Both the position numbers and the translations under genes were made by a program. The notes under the pieces are model-generated. The model ran no database searches and was not told the origin of the DNA. It worked only from the letters and a program-made list of their open reading frames with translations. A DNA stretch of 64,000 bases, from assembly GCA_044892505.1 (NCBI GenBank), contig CM097883.1, forward strand, positions 256,866,001-256,930,000, read 5' to 3'. The DNA comes from Schmidtea nova (lineage: Eukaryota). Shown here one piece after another: positions 14,021-28,959 of this stretch (its first letter is position 1; the number at the start of each line of letters is the position of its first letter).

Positions 14021-14506
14021 GTATGATATTTTTTATTTATTCACTGTAATAATATTTATTTTCCTATTAATATATCAAGATTTATGATTAATAATTATGT
14101 TACATTTAATTGTCAACCATGGATAAAATGAATAAATCGTAAAATTTTAATTTCAACAATTTTACTTTCTATTTATTTTAATTAGTATTTTTTAACTGTT
14201 AAATAAATAAAGCTGTAGATCTATAACAAATAAATAAAACATGCCAAAAACATTCACTTAAATGCATGGTGTTTTGAGATGATAGATCGTACAATCAAAT
14301 ATTTAATGTAAGTACCACTAATAGTAAATCTAATTTTCTAAGATACAAACTAAATCAAATAAATTCAATTCAATTAATCACAAAGATTATATTTATACCT
14401 GCAATATTTAAACAATCAATAAATAGTTGTTTATCTTACATTCGTCAGCCAAATTGAAATTTTAAATTTTAATTTATATAAACCTCATTATATATATTTT
14501 AATTGA

Positions 14507-14657
14507 NNNNNNNNNNNNNNNNNNNNNNNNNNNNNNNNNNNNNNNNNNNNNNNNNNNNNNNNNNNNNNNNNNNNNNNNNNNNNNNNNNNNNNNNNNNNNN
14601 NNNNNNNNNNNNNNNNNNNNNNNNNNNNNNNNNNNNNNNNNNNNNNNNNNNNNNNNN
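14507..14657. other. Assembly gap (151 N)
   Basis: Run of N. Confidence 1.
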
Positions 14658-15167
14658 AATTGGAATATACATAAATTCTTTGAAGGATATTGACATTATG
14701 TAACAAATATTTTCTGCTTATATATCTTGAATAATAAGAGTATGAAAATATTATTGATAATATTAAGATAGTTAGAAGATGAATAAATCTACCCATCTCT
14801 GTTCAAAGTAGTTTATGAATGTACATATACGCTTGTGGGATCATTTTGTGAGTGAAGCGATATAATTTTGATATAAATTATTATTAAGACATAATAAATA
14901 CCATACAAAACTATTAAAATATATAAAATATGATCAAAAGGTAGTTTATGTGACTTATAAACATTCCATTCTTTTCTTATTAGAGTGTTACATAAAATTA
15001 ATATAATATAACAACTTTCATAGAATATTTGTGAATTCAATCTTTTCATATAATTTCTTATAAAATAATTCAATGAATGCATCACGAATTTAAAAAGCAA
15101 CCATTGGTAATATATCTGTAATATAAATATGCGTAATAAATAATAAAATAAATAGTTAACGGTAAAC

Positions 15168-17832
15168 TAGGGATTGCAGCCCCGGGATTCTGGGATCCCG
15201 GTGTTTCCTTAAATCCCGAAATCCCGGGATTTATATTTTAAAATATTTTTCTCTTCAACATTTTCTAAGAATGTAATTCTCAGTAAATTTATAATTTTTT
15301 TTGAATTAAGTGAGTTGATATATAGGTAAAAACATTAATTAAAAATTGAATAAAAATAATTCTAAAATATATATTAAAATAAACATTCTGTAATTAATTT
15401 TTTAATTAAATATATAAAGACAATATTATAATTTTATAATATTATTTTTACAATAAAGATATTTGTATTTAACAAATCTTTCATTATAATTAATAAAAAT
15501 TTAAAATATGTTAAAATGTCAAAATCATTATGTTTAAAATACATTAATTAAAATGTTATATACATTATAATACATTATATTTTTTTAGTTTTTATGTTTA
15601 TTTTCATTTAGAGATCCCCTTAGCTTACAAAGACTATTCAACTAAAAGTACTTCTGATATTTGGAAACATTTTTTAAGACGTGAAAACGACAAACAGCTA
15701 AATGTATGCTGACTAACTCCCAGAAAATATTGAAAATTGCTGGTGGTTCTACAAAAGGTCTTCATACGCACTTATTTTCAGCGTATTAAATTAAAGCTAT
15801 ACCCATCTACTTCCGTCGAAGAAAATTCATTAGAATTAGAAGTTTCTCCAAAGAAAAAGACAAAAAAACTTACCGATTATTTTTCAAATTTGGAATTTGA
15901 AGAAAATTCACTGGAAGCTACTCTTGCACGCTTAACTGCTCTTGATGGTATTTCGTTTATCGTTATAAGTTCTTCTGATTTACGTTCAGGTCTAGAAGCT
16001 ATGGGATATAAAAATCTACCCACATCAGCTAACACAGTTCGGAAAATTGTTATAGAATATAACAATAAATTAAGAAACTCAATAATTAGTGAAATCTTTG
16101 ATAAAAAATTAATGGATATGTTGTAGGAGAAAGATTTCCCTTATCCTTCGATGAATTGGACGCTATTTAAATATTATTTTTCATGGACAAATTTCCATTT
16201 TTTGAACTTAGGTTGGGCACGGATATGTGTCACATTACCAGCTGGAAAATATATTGAATTATTAGAAGAAAAACTGGCAAAACATAAACTTAATCTCCAT
16301 ACCGACATTGTAACTATTATGATGGATGGTACAAGCTTAATGAAAAGTGGGCAGAATATTATCCGTAGATCAGCAGTTATATTTTGTACATTGTGCAGTT
16401 GGGGGTTATTGATATAATTTATAATATGTTGGAAATTAAATCAGATCAGCAACATAATGAGGAAGAAAGTTATTTCACAGACATAGAGAGTGACTCGTGC
16501 CAGGAGCAAGATATTTTTAACAACGAAGGATTCTTTGACAGTAGCCTTAGTAATGGAAGAAATGAGATAACTGAAACAAGTATTGGTCCACTGATAAATA
16601 AAGTACGAAAAATCATAACAATATTCAGAAGGTCACCAAAAAAGAATAATTTATTACAACAATATATCCAAAAAAATTGGCAAAGACATTGCTTTATTAA
16701 GAGACCGTAAGATGAGATGGAATGAGATGTTATTGGTATTTCGTTCCTATCTACTGAAAGATTACATACAAAAAGCATTAATAGACATAAAAATAGAGAT
16801 AAATCAGTATATTTATCTCATGATGATATCCAAATGTTTTTTGATATAATTACTACTCTTGTACCAGTGAAAACAACTGTTGAAGCACTCTGCCGACGAG
16901 ATAGTAATCTGTTTACAGCAGACATAGCTATAAATTTTATGCTAAAGAAGCTTAAAAATGCAAATAGTGCAATAAGTAAGAAATTATATGACGCTCTCAT
17001 ACGCATGAAAGAATGCCACACAGATCTAAGTGGTTTACTGCAATACTTACACAATTGCATAAACAACATCTCAGGAATAGATTTTATCACAGTTTCTAGA
17101 TTTTATCACAACGTCACGGGCCGCTTGTTTGAGACCACTGCTGTAAACTAATAATGAAGCTGCTTGTAAGACTAAACACTACAAATACTACTGCATTACT
17201 AACAGCTAATGCAACTGGATTTGCTCTTTCAAATGAGGTAACACTTGAAATTGATTCAGATCCTGATTTAGTAACTGAATCAATTTGTTCATAAAAACAT
17301 TTAAATATAGCAGAGAAACTAGATAAAATTATTAAAGAGGGATATGCACCAATGCAGCCAATTAGAATTGAGACGCTATCATCAAAAATTCTAAAAGAAA
17401 TGTCTTTTTTTGAAAATGGAGGGAGACGTGGTGACTATCTGGAATAAACATATTCCTATTTATGACGATAAAGCTTACTAGTGTTGAGCCTGAACAAGCA
17501 TTTTCTTCGACAGGACAATTTGTAACAAAAATAAGAAGTCGTTTTTAACAACGAAACGCTGGACGAGCTGCGTTTTATAAAAGTCTATTTATAAAAAAAC
17601 ACAAGAAATAATGAATTTTTTGAAAATTTCATTATGTAGTATTTCTTATTTATTTTTATAATAAATTGAGTTTTGTTTTGTTTTGTTTCAATAAATAATA
17701 ATAATGAATCAATTTTTATTTATGTTATCACTTTTACGATGTAATTTGAACTATGATAATTGTCCATTTCTAATCCCGGTACCAATCCCGTGATCACAGG
17801 GTTGACAATACAACACGGGATTGCAAACCCTA
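15168..17832 (+). mobile_element. Degenerate hAT transposon with both ends
   Basis: TIRs TAGGGATTGCA (15168) and TGCAAACCCTA (ends 17832). Flanks CGGTAAAC / CTGTAAAA match at 6 of 8 (decayed 8-bp TSD). Subterminal CCCGGGAT repeats. Fragmented transposase: STSDIWKHF, LEATLARLTALDGISF, VRKIITIFRRSP, LVPVKTTVEALC, and a C-terminal SVEPEQAFS. Confidence 0.85.
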
Positions 17833-20279
17833 CTGTAAAAATTAAGTAATATGTAGATGATTGAAATATGCTGGCATTGCTCAAAATATGAAAATGTATT
17901 AATAAATTCTAAGCTCTTGATTTATTAATAGAATTTTATGAAAAATTTTAAACCAATAACCTTAATATGTATGATTATTAAAGTTATGATCCAGTTTTAA
18001 AAGACATAATCTGGATAATTTAATACTATTTTTATTTTATAATTGTTTTTCTGTAATGGTTGCCTTTGGTAATGTATCAATGTTAGTTTTCTTGAATGTA
18101 TCGATTCTGTTTGCTATTCGGGTTTTTCAACAAGATCAGTTATATGTTTAAATGATTCATTAAATTATAAAATATTTAATTCGAGTGCTCATTTTCGATT
18201 GAATTATTATTATCTACTTAAATCAGCAGCGTAACAATGAGATAGCAAAAACAAGCGATGCTTCACTCCCTCAAGTTAAGTGGACCTTATAGAAACCCAT
18301 TCGTATATAAAATTAGTTTTTTATTTATCAAATGTTAAGATATTTAAATTTATCTTAAATAAGCCATATTCAACTTAGTCTAAGAGTGATCCATTACTCG
18401 ATTATAACTTGCTACAAGCACCTTGAGAATATTGTTAAATGCACTAGAATTCCGGTAGGATCAACAATGTTGACGGAGCGGGGGTAATGAAAAACATTTA
18501 ACTCAAGTTAAAGTGGAGAGAGGAGAGACTTGTTTAATGCAAAAATATTTTTATATTTATTAAATCTTGCTCAAATCATTTCGTAAATCATTCAAAATGG
18601 CGCATCAAAATAAGATTTGCCTTTTTGTTTAAAATTTGTTGTTACGTTACTGACTTAGTTAAAATTGCTTCTAAAATTTGAATAAATTAATAAAATTAAA
18701 GAATCTATTAATTATCCTGTATGAATTTTCATTTGTAATTGCCCTATTTTAAATAGTTAGGCATATAGCAACAATGATAAAGTTAATTTTCCCAGGGCTC
18801 CTATTTTTATTTTGTTAAATCTTGAATATATTTTTTCTTTTTTGCTAGTATCAAGTCCAAATTTCGTTATTTTCTTAAAATATAAAATAAAAATAAATTT
18901 TTTTTGAGATTTAAGGTTCATTTTTTGCATGATTTTTTCATCCTCATATTTTATTACTCATTGCTTATATTAAGAGCGATTCTAAGTGATATCTAGTAGC
19001 TTTTAAGGAGAATGGACAATAAAATGTCGTAACACCTACACACAACATGAAAAGCAACCTTTTCTTTTTAATAGAGTTTAATTCATTCAAATACATTAAT
19101 AAATCGACGGACAACGGAAAGTTATTCAACTATTACTCGTATGTTACTTCTGTAAAATAGTTCGAAAATTAAAATTTTATCAGAAATATCACGAAATTTT
19201 ATTTTTTCCCTAGACTAAGTTCATATTTTTATTTTATCTAAAACTATACAAACTCAAAGTCTTAGAATGCTTCTTTCTTAAAAATGACTGACCTCTGCCA
19301 CCATAGTCCCAAAATTTCAAAACACTACAAAGACCTCGTTATGTAAGATGGTGTAAAATATAATTTCGTTTTCAGGGTTCGTTTGTTCTTATTTATATTT
19401 TAAACATATTTTTTTTCGTTTACACTTTTCGTTTGTAAGTTCCTTTTTTGTGGCAAAATAATTGAATTTATCAGCTTGTTTTATTACAAATGTCTTTGAC
19501 CCTTTGTGAAACAATCACGAGTGTGGCTCGTATAATTTTTATAAAATGTTTATTTTTATTTTTTCACTGGAGTTTTTAATAAATAAAATTCTTTATTTTT
19601 CTTTTATGAAATTTCTTTTAAATAATCATTTTGAGCACAATTTATTTAAATAAGTAAAATTACAAAGGGGTTGATTTATATTATTCTGCAATACTGTTGT
19701 TACAAGTCATATTTTGTTAACCCATGAATAAATTTTTAAATATTTACATTTCCTTCAAACAAAATCCTCCAAAGTCTAATCTTTCTATTTGAAGATTTAT
19801 ATCTCACTATTCGAAGTATTAATAATTGATTTTTGAATAGATTTATTAAAATGGATAATAGATTTTATCAATTATCGTTATTTGATTTGTCTTCATTGAA
19901 TTTTAAACTATAGATCAATATTTTATATTAAAAACAAATTTTCGTCCCTAAATTTGCCAAGTATTTTTTTATTAATTTAATTTATTGCACTAACATGAAA
20001 TTTGATACAAAAAAGCACTAGGAAATGCAGTGTCGAAAAATTGTAACTTAAATGAAGATAAATGAGATCGTAAATCAAAACAGATCAAAGGTGAAGTATT
20101 CATAAATGATTTTAGTGACAATTAATAAAGATAAAAGATTTTACTTTAATTAAATATTCATTAACACAACAAAGTGCTAATTCTAAAATGTGGACCTTTA
20201 CATAATTCTAAAATACAAAAAGACAAATATAATTTGAATCACTCTAAACTATTGAAGATTTTTTAGACTTAAAAACATA

Positions 20280-21785
20280 GTTTTAACTCTTAACAAACTG
20301 AACAACAGTCTTAGTTTTAACTCTCAAGAGTGTATTGTGTCATATCTAGCGCACTACCCCTCTCCTTCCCTTAGAACTTACGGTTGAGTCATTATAGTCT
20401 GAATAAACCAACTTTGGGAGAAATTAGTTGTCTGTACATGAACTTTTGTGAGAATATAGCGTGTGTGTAAACAAATATTGATGAAAAATTTAGTGTGTTT
20501 AAATAAATTAGTTTAGAAATATTTTGTTTAAATAAAATTTGGCGGGAATTTCAAAATAATTTTTTTTNNNNNNNNNNNNNNNNNNNNNNNNNNNNNNNNN
20601 NNNNNNNNNNNNNNNNNNNNNNNNNNNNNNNNNNNNNNNNNNNNNNNNNNNNNNNNNNNNNNNNNNNNNNNNNNNNNNNNNNNNNNNNNNNNNNNNNNNT
20701 TTGGCACATTGCTTTAGGTAATGATAATTATTAATTTCATACTAAATTAATATATATCCTTGTTTAAATGTTACTCAAAATTGGTTTATAAATCGATTAT
20801 AAATAAACATGCAAAATATCGATTAAAAATATTCAATTGTATACAGATTACTAAAAATATTATAAAATTTCACGTAATAAATAACTAAAACATTTTATGA
20901 TAAGATTTGATAAACAAAACAAATTTTATCACAATTTATCTTCGTAAATTGTATCACTTTTTCATTGCCATAGTAACCATTTTCGTGAATTATTCTTTTC
21001 AATCTAATTTAATTTTTCATAAGTATTTGTTAAAGTAACTTTCGCCTGTCGGGAACTAATTAATTGATTGTCTTGTCTACCAATTCGACATTTTGATACT
21101 ATAAATATTTTGTTGATATTATAACAATTTAGATACGACTAATATTTAATGTCAGTACACAATGTTTTTCATTTAGCTTTCATTGATTCTTTTGCCCGAA
21201 AACAAAATATACCATTTTGATATGAAAACTAATAATATTGATAAAAATAANNNNNNNNNNNNNNNNNNNNNNNNNNNNNNNNNNNNNNNNNNNNNNNNNN
21301 NNNNNNNNNNNNNNNNNNNNNNNNNNNNNNNNNNNNNNNNNNNNNNNNNNNNNNNNNNNNNNNNNNNNNNNNNNNNNNNNNNNNNNCGGTCAGCAATTGA
21401 AAATAAAAGTTATTTTGAAATCATTGTCAAATTTTATTTAAACAAAATATTTCTAAGCTAATTTGTTCAAACAGACTAAATTTTTTTATCAAAATTTGTT
21501 TACACACACTTAAAAGTCCAGCTAATATTCGTTTACACACACACAATATTCTCGAAAAAGACCATGTACATACATCTATTTCCCATGAAAGTTCATTTAC
21601 ACACATCTAATTCCCTCCAAAATTCATGTACACACACCTAATTCCCACTAAAGTTGGTGTACACATACCATAATTACTCAATTTTAAGTTCTAGGGGAGA
21701 GTGAAGAAAGTAGTGCACTAGATATGACACAACACACTACTTTTAAGAGTTAAAACTACGACCGTTATTCAGTTTATTAAGAATA
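20280..21785. repeat. Foldback/MITE-like element with long imperfect inverted arms; contains two N-gaps
   Basis: GTTTTAACTCT..TGTGTCATATCTAG..CACTAC (~20315-20360) is inverted at ~21710-21760, and GTGTGTGTAAAC (~20461-72) is inverted at ~21531-42. A ~31-bp tandem (TACACA-CTAATTCCC) lies at ~21565-21680. Gaps at 20568-20699 and 21251-21386. Confidence 0.65.
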
Positions 21786-23879
21786 TCTTTCTGACATTAA
21801 GTTTGTGAACACGATGACATTTCCCACCTTGTGCGGATCAAATAAAAACCTTTAAAGGCAATATTTGGATTACAGGTTATCTGCCCTAGAGTAATTTAAC
21901 GCAAATATTTCTCACCATCTCTCACTCTTTCTCCCTTCTTTTTCTTTTTCTCTTTCTCCTTATCTCTTCCTTTTTCTATTTTTCTATTTCTCTCTTTCCC
22001 TAATTTCTTTTATTACGACTTTAGGAATTTATAATTTTAAAACAAAAACTGATTGTTGCTTTCTCCAACTTGTCAATCTATCTTCTTTTAAAAAAATAAA
22101 CTAAATCAGTAAAAAAACGTCGAAAAATTAATAATAAATTTTAGGAAATATTTTAGAATTAACTGAATACTATCTCCAAATAATTATGATTGTAATGTTC
22201 TACAAATTTTGTTTGTTTTTATTCATAAAATAACACCATCTTTAAAGTATATTCTAATTATAATAAAAATGTTTGTTAAAGAATTTTTCTAATTTTATTC
22301 TGACAATTTCTGATTTTGAATACGTAATTAAGATGGAAATAGTACTGAAAAAAGAGTAGATTTCTACTGACTAATAGTTTTAGTAGTAATTCATTTTTGA
22401 AGGCAATTATATATTTTTAATAATTTTATTTTACCAATCTGTTTACCATAATCTGCATATTTTGTTCTATTTTTCTGATCTGTATTTGACAAAATGAAAA
22501 ATTAATAAATGAAACATTCTCTATAGAAAATAAAGTCTATTTTGTGAATAATATTTTAGTTTTTGTAATTTACATATATGCTTATTTACTTAAATTCTTG
22601 ATATGTGTTACAAGAGTGGTTTGTTTTAAAGGTGAATAAATGTTGTCTGGGATCAAGGCGTTATTTACATATTGAGGAGTTACAAAGAAAAGTTATATAG
22701 AATAATAAATGATAAATTGCTATTCTTGTACAGCAATAAGTGCAATGCTTCGATTTAAAATGATAATTAAAATATTTTTGAGAAAATTTCGAAAACAACT
22801 ATGCCCAGAAAATATTTAGAATTCATTAGTGTAAAAAAAATTATGTCATACTTGGAGAATTTTTCCTTCAAAGGAAAAAAAATATTTGTATCAATTCTGA
22901 CTTTTGTAGTAAGCTACTTTATGAATTATGAAGTTTTATCGTAGATTTATATTGGTAATATTAAATTAAAATAACATTAATTATTTTAATTAATTTTTAA
23001 AATGTAAATAAATTTATTACTTAAAACCGCTGTAAATTAAAAATAAATGGGTATTGTATATTTTACATCTCTCAAATAATTTTATACTATATTTTCTAAT
23101 TAAGAATATTTGTCAAATAATTTGCTTCCATATAGGTTTGCAAACCCCCGATAGTTATGAAAAACAGTTTTCTTAATAGTAATAAATATTTGTTTTTAAT
23201 TAATTAATTTTTATTAACCATTGACTTTTATATATGGAATGAATTTCAATAATGAATATGTGAATACAAAATTATTATCCCTTAAAAGTAAAAAAGACTA
23301 ACTGTGGAAACATTTATAAAAAATAATTTTATCATATAGTATGTATAACTTAAATTTGTTGATATAATTTTTAATGTTTCATTCACTTACACCAAATTTA
23401 TTTTACACCAAGTTTTTATTATTATGAACGTTTTAATAATATAACCTGTTTTATCTATGGTTGGTAAGTGGATGACATTTTTCTTATATTTAAAAATCAA
23501 GTTCATGTGCAACCATTTTTAGATTAAATAAATGGTTTATATAAAAAAACATCGTGTTCACATGTGAAACCGAGAATGAATCCTCGATAGCGTTTTTAGA
23601 TATATTAAACAAACGCAAGGATGAACAGTATGAGACAGAGATTCATAGAAAACCAACTATACTGCTCTTTATACAACGCCAGAAAGTGTTTGTGAGTTTA
23701 AATATAAGATAAATAAGTAAAAGGATTGATTTATCGACCATGGTGTTTATAATCTATTTTCAAAAATTCTGTAAAAAGTGTAGAGACACTAGTGGAACTG
23801 TTAATAAAGAAAATAAAATAATAGTGCTCTATCAATATTCAAGTGAAATTATAATATATAATCTATGGTTACAAAGATA

Positions 23880-24545
23880 TAGTTTTTTAATATTCACCTG
23901 CATATTTGCGAAGAAGAGCACATTTTCCATTTATTTGTCAAATCATGCTGCATCCTATCGAATATCGAAGTGTGATTAAATTCTTTGTTTGGCGGGGTGA
24001 TACCAGTCAGCAAATATTGAATAAGTCTCAGACAACTTATGGAAATATATGCACCTCTCGTATCACAATCTACGATTGGATTAACCAGTTCAAACATAGT
24101 CTTCAACCAGTGTTTAATGATGAGAAAGTTAGTTATCTTTGTGAAATATTTCGCAAAAAAGAGATGAATGTTTGCAAATTGTGAAGGAAGAACGACCAAT
24201 CACTATGAAGGGTATCAATAGTAATGATTGAGAAAATGGATTTGTTCTCTTAGATCACCATTTCTAGAGTTCCGATCTCGCGCCTAGCGACTTTTATCTA
24301 TTCAGACATGTGAAGAAACATTTGCAAGGGATTTTAATGCTGCATATTGGCAACAGAATGTAGACCTTTCTTGAAAGATCAAAGTTCGATTTTCTTCAAA
24401 AATGTTTTTTTTGGAACTCTTGTATCGCTGGAGGAAGTATGTTAATCACAATGAGTAATATACTGAAAAATAAAGTCTTCATATCTTTTTAGTTTTTTTG
24501 TTAAAATATACCGTTCCTGTTAGTTTTCTTTAGCACCTAGTCCTG
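23880..24545 (+). mobile_element. Internally deleted mariner element, same family as 12381-13460
   Basis: EYRSVIKFF...IYDWINQFKHSLQPVFNDEK (N-terminal HTH) is joined almost directly to SDLAPSDFYLFRHVKKHLQG (C-terminal YSPDLAPSD motif). The 3' end is shared with the 12381 copy. Confidence 0.75.
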
Positions 24546-27017
24546 GTACTTATTGAACGCACCCCGTATGATATCTATCAGAAACATTTTGTGTACTATG
24601 AGTTATAATCGTATAGTAAAGTTAGCACAAATGAAACCCAGATTAACTATCAGTTTAGTTATTTGGTTATTGCCGCTCCAAACCTCGTTAGTTATTGAAA
24701 GACGCTTACTCAACCTTTTGATCGTTAAAGATCTAAGAGGCCTTTTAAAAAGTTAATATTAATGTTAAATACTTTAAATTTTATTTCTTTAAATTTTATT
24801 CTGAAGCTCCAATATAATGAAACGATAATGAAACGAGTGCCATTGATATATAGTTAAATACACTTGAAATTTATATTCAATAGCTTAAAAATAATAAAAG
24901 AAATATAGATCATTCTGTTGAGTTTATTTTTAAGTCGGTATAGATCTCTGACTCCTCGTTCTCTTATTTAAAATCAAATAAAATCACCCAATACAATAGC
25001 TTTTATTTGAGTTCAACACAAAATCTAAAATTAGCAATAACACTTTTTCTTTCTCAGCACTTTTCTTGCGTTAGGGGTAAGTCTTCCAACGGGAAATCCC
25101 CTTTTCTGATATGCAATAATTGATTTTATGTGGCTGATATATTCTGTTTTTATATGTTTACTCTTACTAATCTTTTAAATTTACTGAATCCCTCTGTAAA
25201 TTTATCCTCGACCGACAGGCAATTTGAAAAAAATTAGGTTATGAATTTTCTAGAATCCTCTTAAAAATAACCCAATAATCGATCTTTTTACATTATTGTT
25301 TTTCACCCCTCCACAATCTCCTAATCTTATTATTTTCCTTAATCCCTCAAATTGTCAACTTAAATTTATTAATTAGTTTATTAACCGCTCGGGTTTCCCA
25401 TTAGCCAATTAAGTTGATTTATTATTTGTAATTAATTTTTAATTTTTAATCTTTTTCTGGGGTCCCTTATTAATTTTATATCTTTATATCTGTTTTCGTC
25501 TCATCGTTTGACATTCGCTCATTCCCGTTTCCCCAGGAAAATGTTAATTTTTCCAAATTTAAATTTATTTTTAATCTTTATTTGATAATTGTTAAATTTT
25601 TACGAATTTACTCTTTCTGTCGATCCATCCACTACTTTCCGTGTTTTTCACTTAATTTTTTACACCAATCTAGAAAACCCCAACAATTCCTTTACTAGTT
25701 AAGACATCTAAAATCTAATTTGGTTATGAAATATTTTCTCTCATTTACAATTTGCAAATTGTACTAGAATCAAACATTACCTTGTACATCTGGAATAAAT
25801 ATAAAATGATGACAAATAGAGAATCTTAAATATTTTCAAGGAACATGATTATCTAGACTAGTGTTTTTCAATCGCCGGTCCGCAACCCTGATTTAACCTT
25901 TTTATGAAGACTTATAAAATATGAAGCCAATATGTTTTTTTGTAAAGCAATTTATTTAAAGCTAGTAAAATAAGAATCCCACAACCATAATGTTGAATAA
26001 CACATGTGTGATGATCGAGTTAGTGATAGCACGATAACAATATTTTAACGCGCCTCTAGTGATGATATTTTAATGACGCGCCTTTTATACTGTCCTTTAT
26101 TTTGCTAAAATAATATTTCACCAGTCCACGTTAAAAAATCAGATGTTATTTGGTTCATGGTAAGATTTTGGTTGAGAAACACTAAACTAGGACTTCTAGT
26201 CTAGATTTATAATTAAGTATTATAATTACGTTTGTCAGATTGGTAAATTAAAGAAAATAGACGATTTTCACAACTTAAATATTTTTTATTGGCATTTTAT
26301 TTGAACCTTCAAAAAACTATTAAACTTATCATTTATTATCGTTTTGAAAACATAATAAATTTGATTTTTGACGTATTCTTATTTGTTAAAATTTGTTTTA
26401 ATCGACTAATGCTTGATCATATTGTGTTGAAGTTTAACACAGTTTATTTTGATAAAAATAATGCTTTGTAAAACGAAAATTTTGAAATAAGTTGTAGTAG
26501 TGATCAAATATGTTGCAGATAATTATGTAGGTAGTTGTTGATTGTTTAATACTTGTGACAAAAAATTTAATGAAATATTCATTTTACAATGACCTCCATA
26601 TTTTATTTTTATTCTTCAAAATCTTTAAATATTTACTTGGTAAAAATAGCAGTAATAAAAATAATAAAAATTGATTTTAATAATAATAATAAAATTTTTG
26701 TTTCCTATTAGCAGTATTAATTAAATATTAAATAATTAATAAATAAAGAAGTAAGCTTATCCTGTCGTTTTATTTGATGAGAATTTTCAATTATCACCCA
26801 ATAAAACTTTGCAACAATGAATCACCTTGTTATTTATTAGTTATTTAATGAATAATAATAATAGTATTAACAATAATAACAATTAATAAATACAATAAAT
26901 AAATAATAATATAATAAATAAATAAATAAATATATAAATAAATATATAAATAAATAATATTTAAAGTAAATATAAATCTATATATAAATAAATATAAATA
27001 TAAATATAAATCTATAA

Positions 27018-28959
27018 CTGGGCGATTACATGAGCATTTTGGGTTTAAGTTGTCGAACGAACGAAAGATAGAAAATGTTGATTACATTTCTTGCATACAT
27101 TGCGATAAACAATTCGCGTATCATGGATCAAACACTTCTCTTACTTACCACCTTCAAAACAAACACCCATTAAAGTATCAGAAACTCCAGCAAGTAAAGT
27201 CAGCTTCATTTAGCAATTTGGTTGCAGGATCGTCTTCCACTTCTAGACAGAGTAATCTAAGTCAGTTTTGTTACCAGTCAGATCGTCCGGTTAGTGCTGC
27301 TGTACAGGGCGACGTTAAATTATCACTTGCAAGTTGGATAGCTAGTAGTGGAAGACCAATATCGATCGTAGAAGATGAGGGCCTCCAGTAAGTGTTACGC
27401 AGAGCACTTCAAAATGCAGACTACAAACTACCATGCAGGCGAACTATTGATAAATTGTTGAATGAAATGTACGACAGCACAAGTACGAATGTTAAAGAAG
27501 CAGTGAAAACCGCAACTGCAGTTGCGTTAACGTCTGATTTTTGGACATCTCTAGGCAATGAAAGTTAATGTGGTATTACTGGCCATTGGATTACCGACGA
27601 CTGGAATTTGCGAAGTATTGTTCTTGAATGTGTGGTTGTTATTGAACGTCACTATTCTAACAATGTGGCCGAATTATACAAACAGTTTGCAGCAGAATGG
27701 AACATATCAAAGAAAGTTCAGGCTCTAGTGACAGACAATGCACGGAATATTGTTTCGGCCGTTAATCTAAGTGGCTTTTCTCATATTCCATGCATGGCTC
27801 ATAGCCTACAGTTGAGCATATTACACGCATTTAAGGCCGCAGATACTGAAAATTTATTTAATAAATGCAGAAAAATTGTTAGCCACTTCAAGCATAGTGC
27901 TGCAAATACGTCAGAATTAAAAAGTTATACTGAGTCACCATTGCGCAAACTGCAACAAGATGTTCCAACAAGATGGAACAGTATTTTTGTGATGATGCAA
28001 AGTTTGCTACGGGTCAGGGATGCAATAACTGTCCATATGTCACGGGAGGAAAAGAAATTCCAAGTTTTTAAATTGTCAGATAAAGACTGGGAGAAGATTT
28101 CAAAATACGTCGATATTTTGGACTTGTTCTGCCAGGCAACGGTTTTTCTTGGTGGTCAACAGTATGTATCATGTAGTTGCGTATTACCGTTATTATCATC
28201 ATTGACGAAACATATGATGGTAAATGATGATGATCCAGGCTATATAGCCAGATTCAAGGAAGCTTCTATTGATGACTTCAAAGAACGTGTAACTGGTATG
28301 ATTAATATTGAAAAATTGCAGATTGCAACAGCACTAGATCCACGATATAAAAACTTGAGGTGCTTGTCAGACGAATTAAAAGAACAAACTTGGTCACTTA
28401 TTCGGAGAAAAATAGCATGCTGTCTGAATGATAATCAATTGCAGACTAATTATGATACTGACGTCTTCACTGAACCTATATTCGAACCTGCTGCAAGGCG
28501 TATTAAGTTGATGGAGTCAGACTCTGACTCGGAAGAAGAGGTTGAAAGCGCGGACGATGAATTAAATCGCTATAAAAATGAAAAAAAAGTTGCTGAGTCA
28601 GTTGACCCACTACAATGGTGGAAGCTTAATGAACATCGTTATCCGAAATTGGCTTCATTGGCCAAAAATATTCTCTGTATACCAGCTACCTCGGTTCCAT
28701 GTGAACGTTTATTTAGCTCGGCCGGTTACATTGTTAATAAGACACGTTCATCACTCGAACCAAATACGGTGAATATGTTGGTGTGTTTGCGCAGCTGGTT
28801 ATCTGACGACGTTTGAATGAGAAAAGCTTGTGCTGTTTTGTTAAATAAACTTGATCATGATTTTAACTACAGGTATTTTTTAATCGAAATTGACTATTAA
28901 TTAATCGTTATTTTTATAAAAGTTAACTATTAAAATTACATTGATCGTTACCAGCCCTA
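27018..28959 (+). mobile_element. hAT (ZBED1/Ac-like) transposon, 5'-deleted
   Basis: Right TIR GATCGTTACCAGCCCTA ends at 28959. The left remnant CTGGGCGATTA (27018-28) directly abuts coding sequence. Both flanks are AATAAAT-rich low-complexity DNA. Confidence 0.85.
27029..28816 (+). pseudogene. hAT transposase with BED finger; two in-frame stops
   Basis: One frame: EHFGF...CIHC...HLQNKH (BED finger), LTSDFWTS, VTDNARN, DVPTRWNS, ATALDPRYK, and PLQWWK...IPATSVPCERLFS (dimerisation domain). TAA stops at 27389-91 and 27566-68. No start codon. Confidence 0.9.

Noticed and set aside
14488-14796. ORFs spanning N runs (also 21183-21461)
   Set aside because: Artefacts of translating through assembly gaps.
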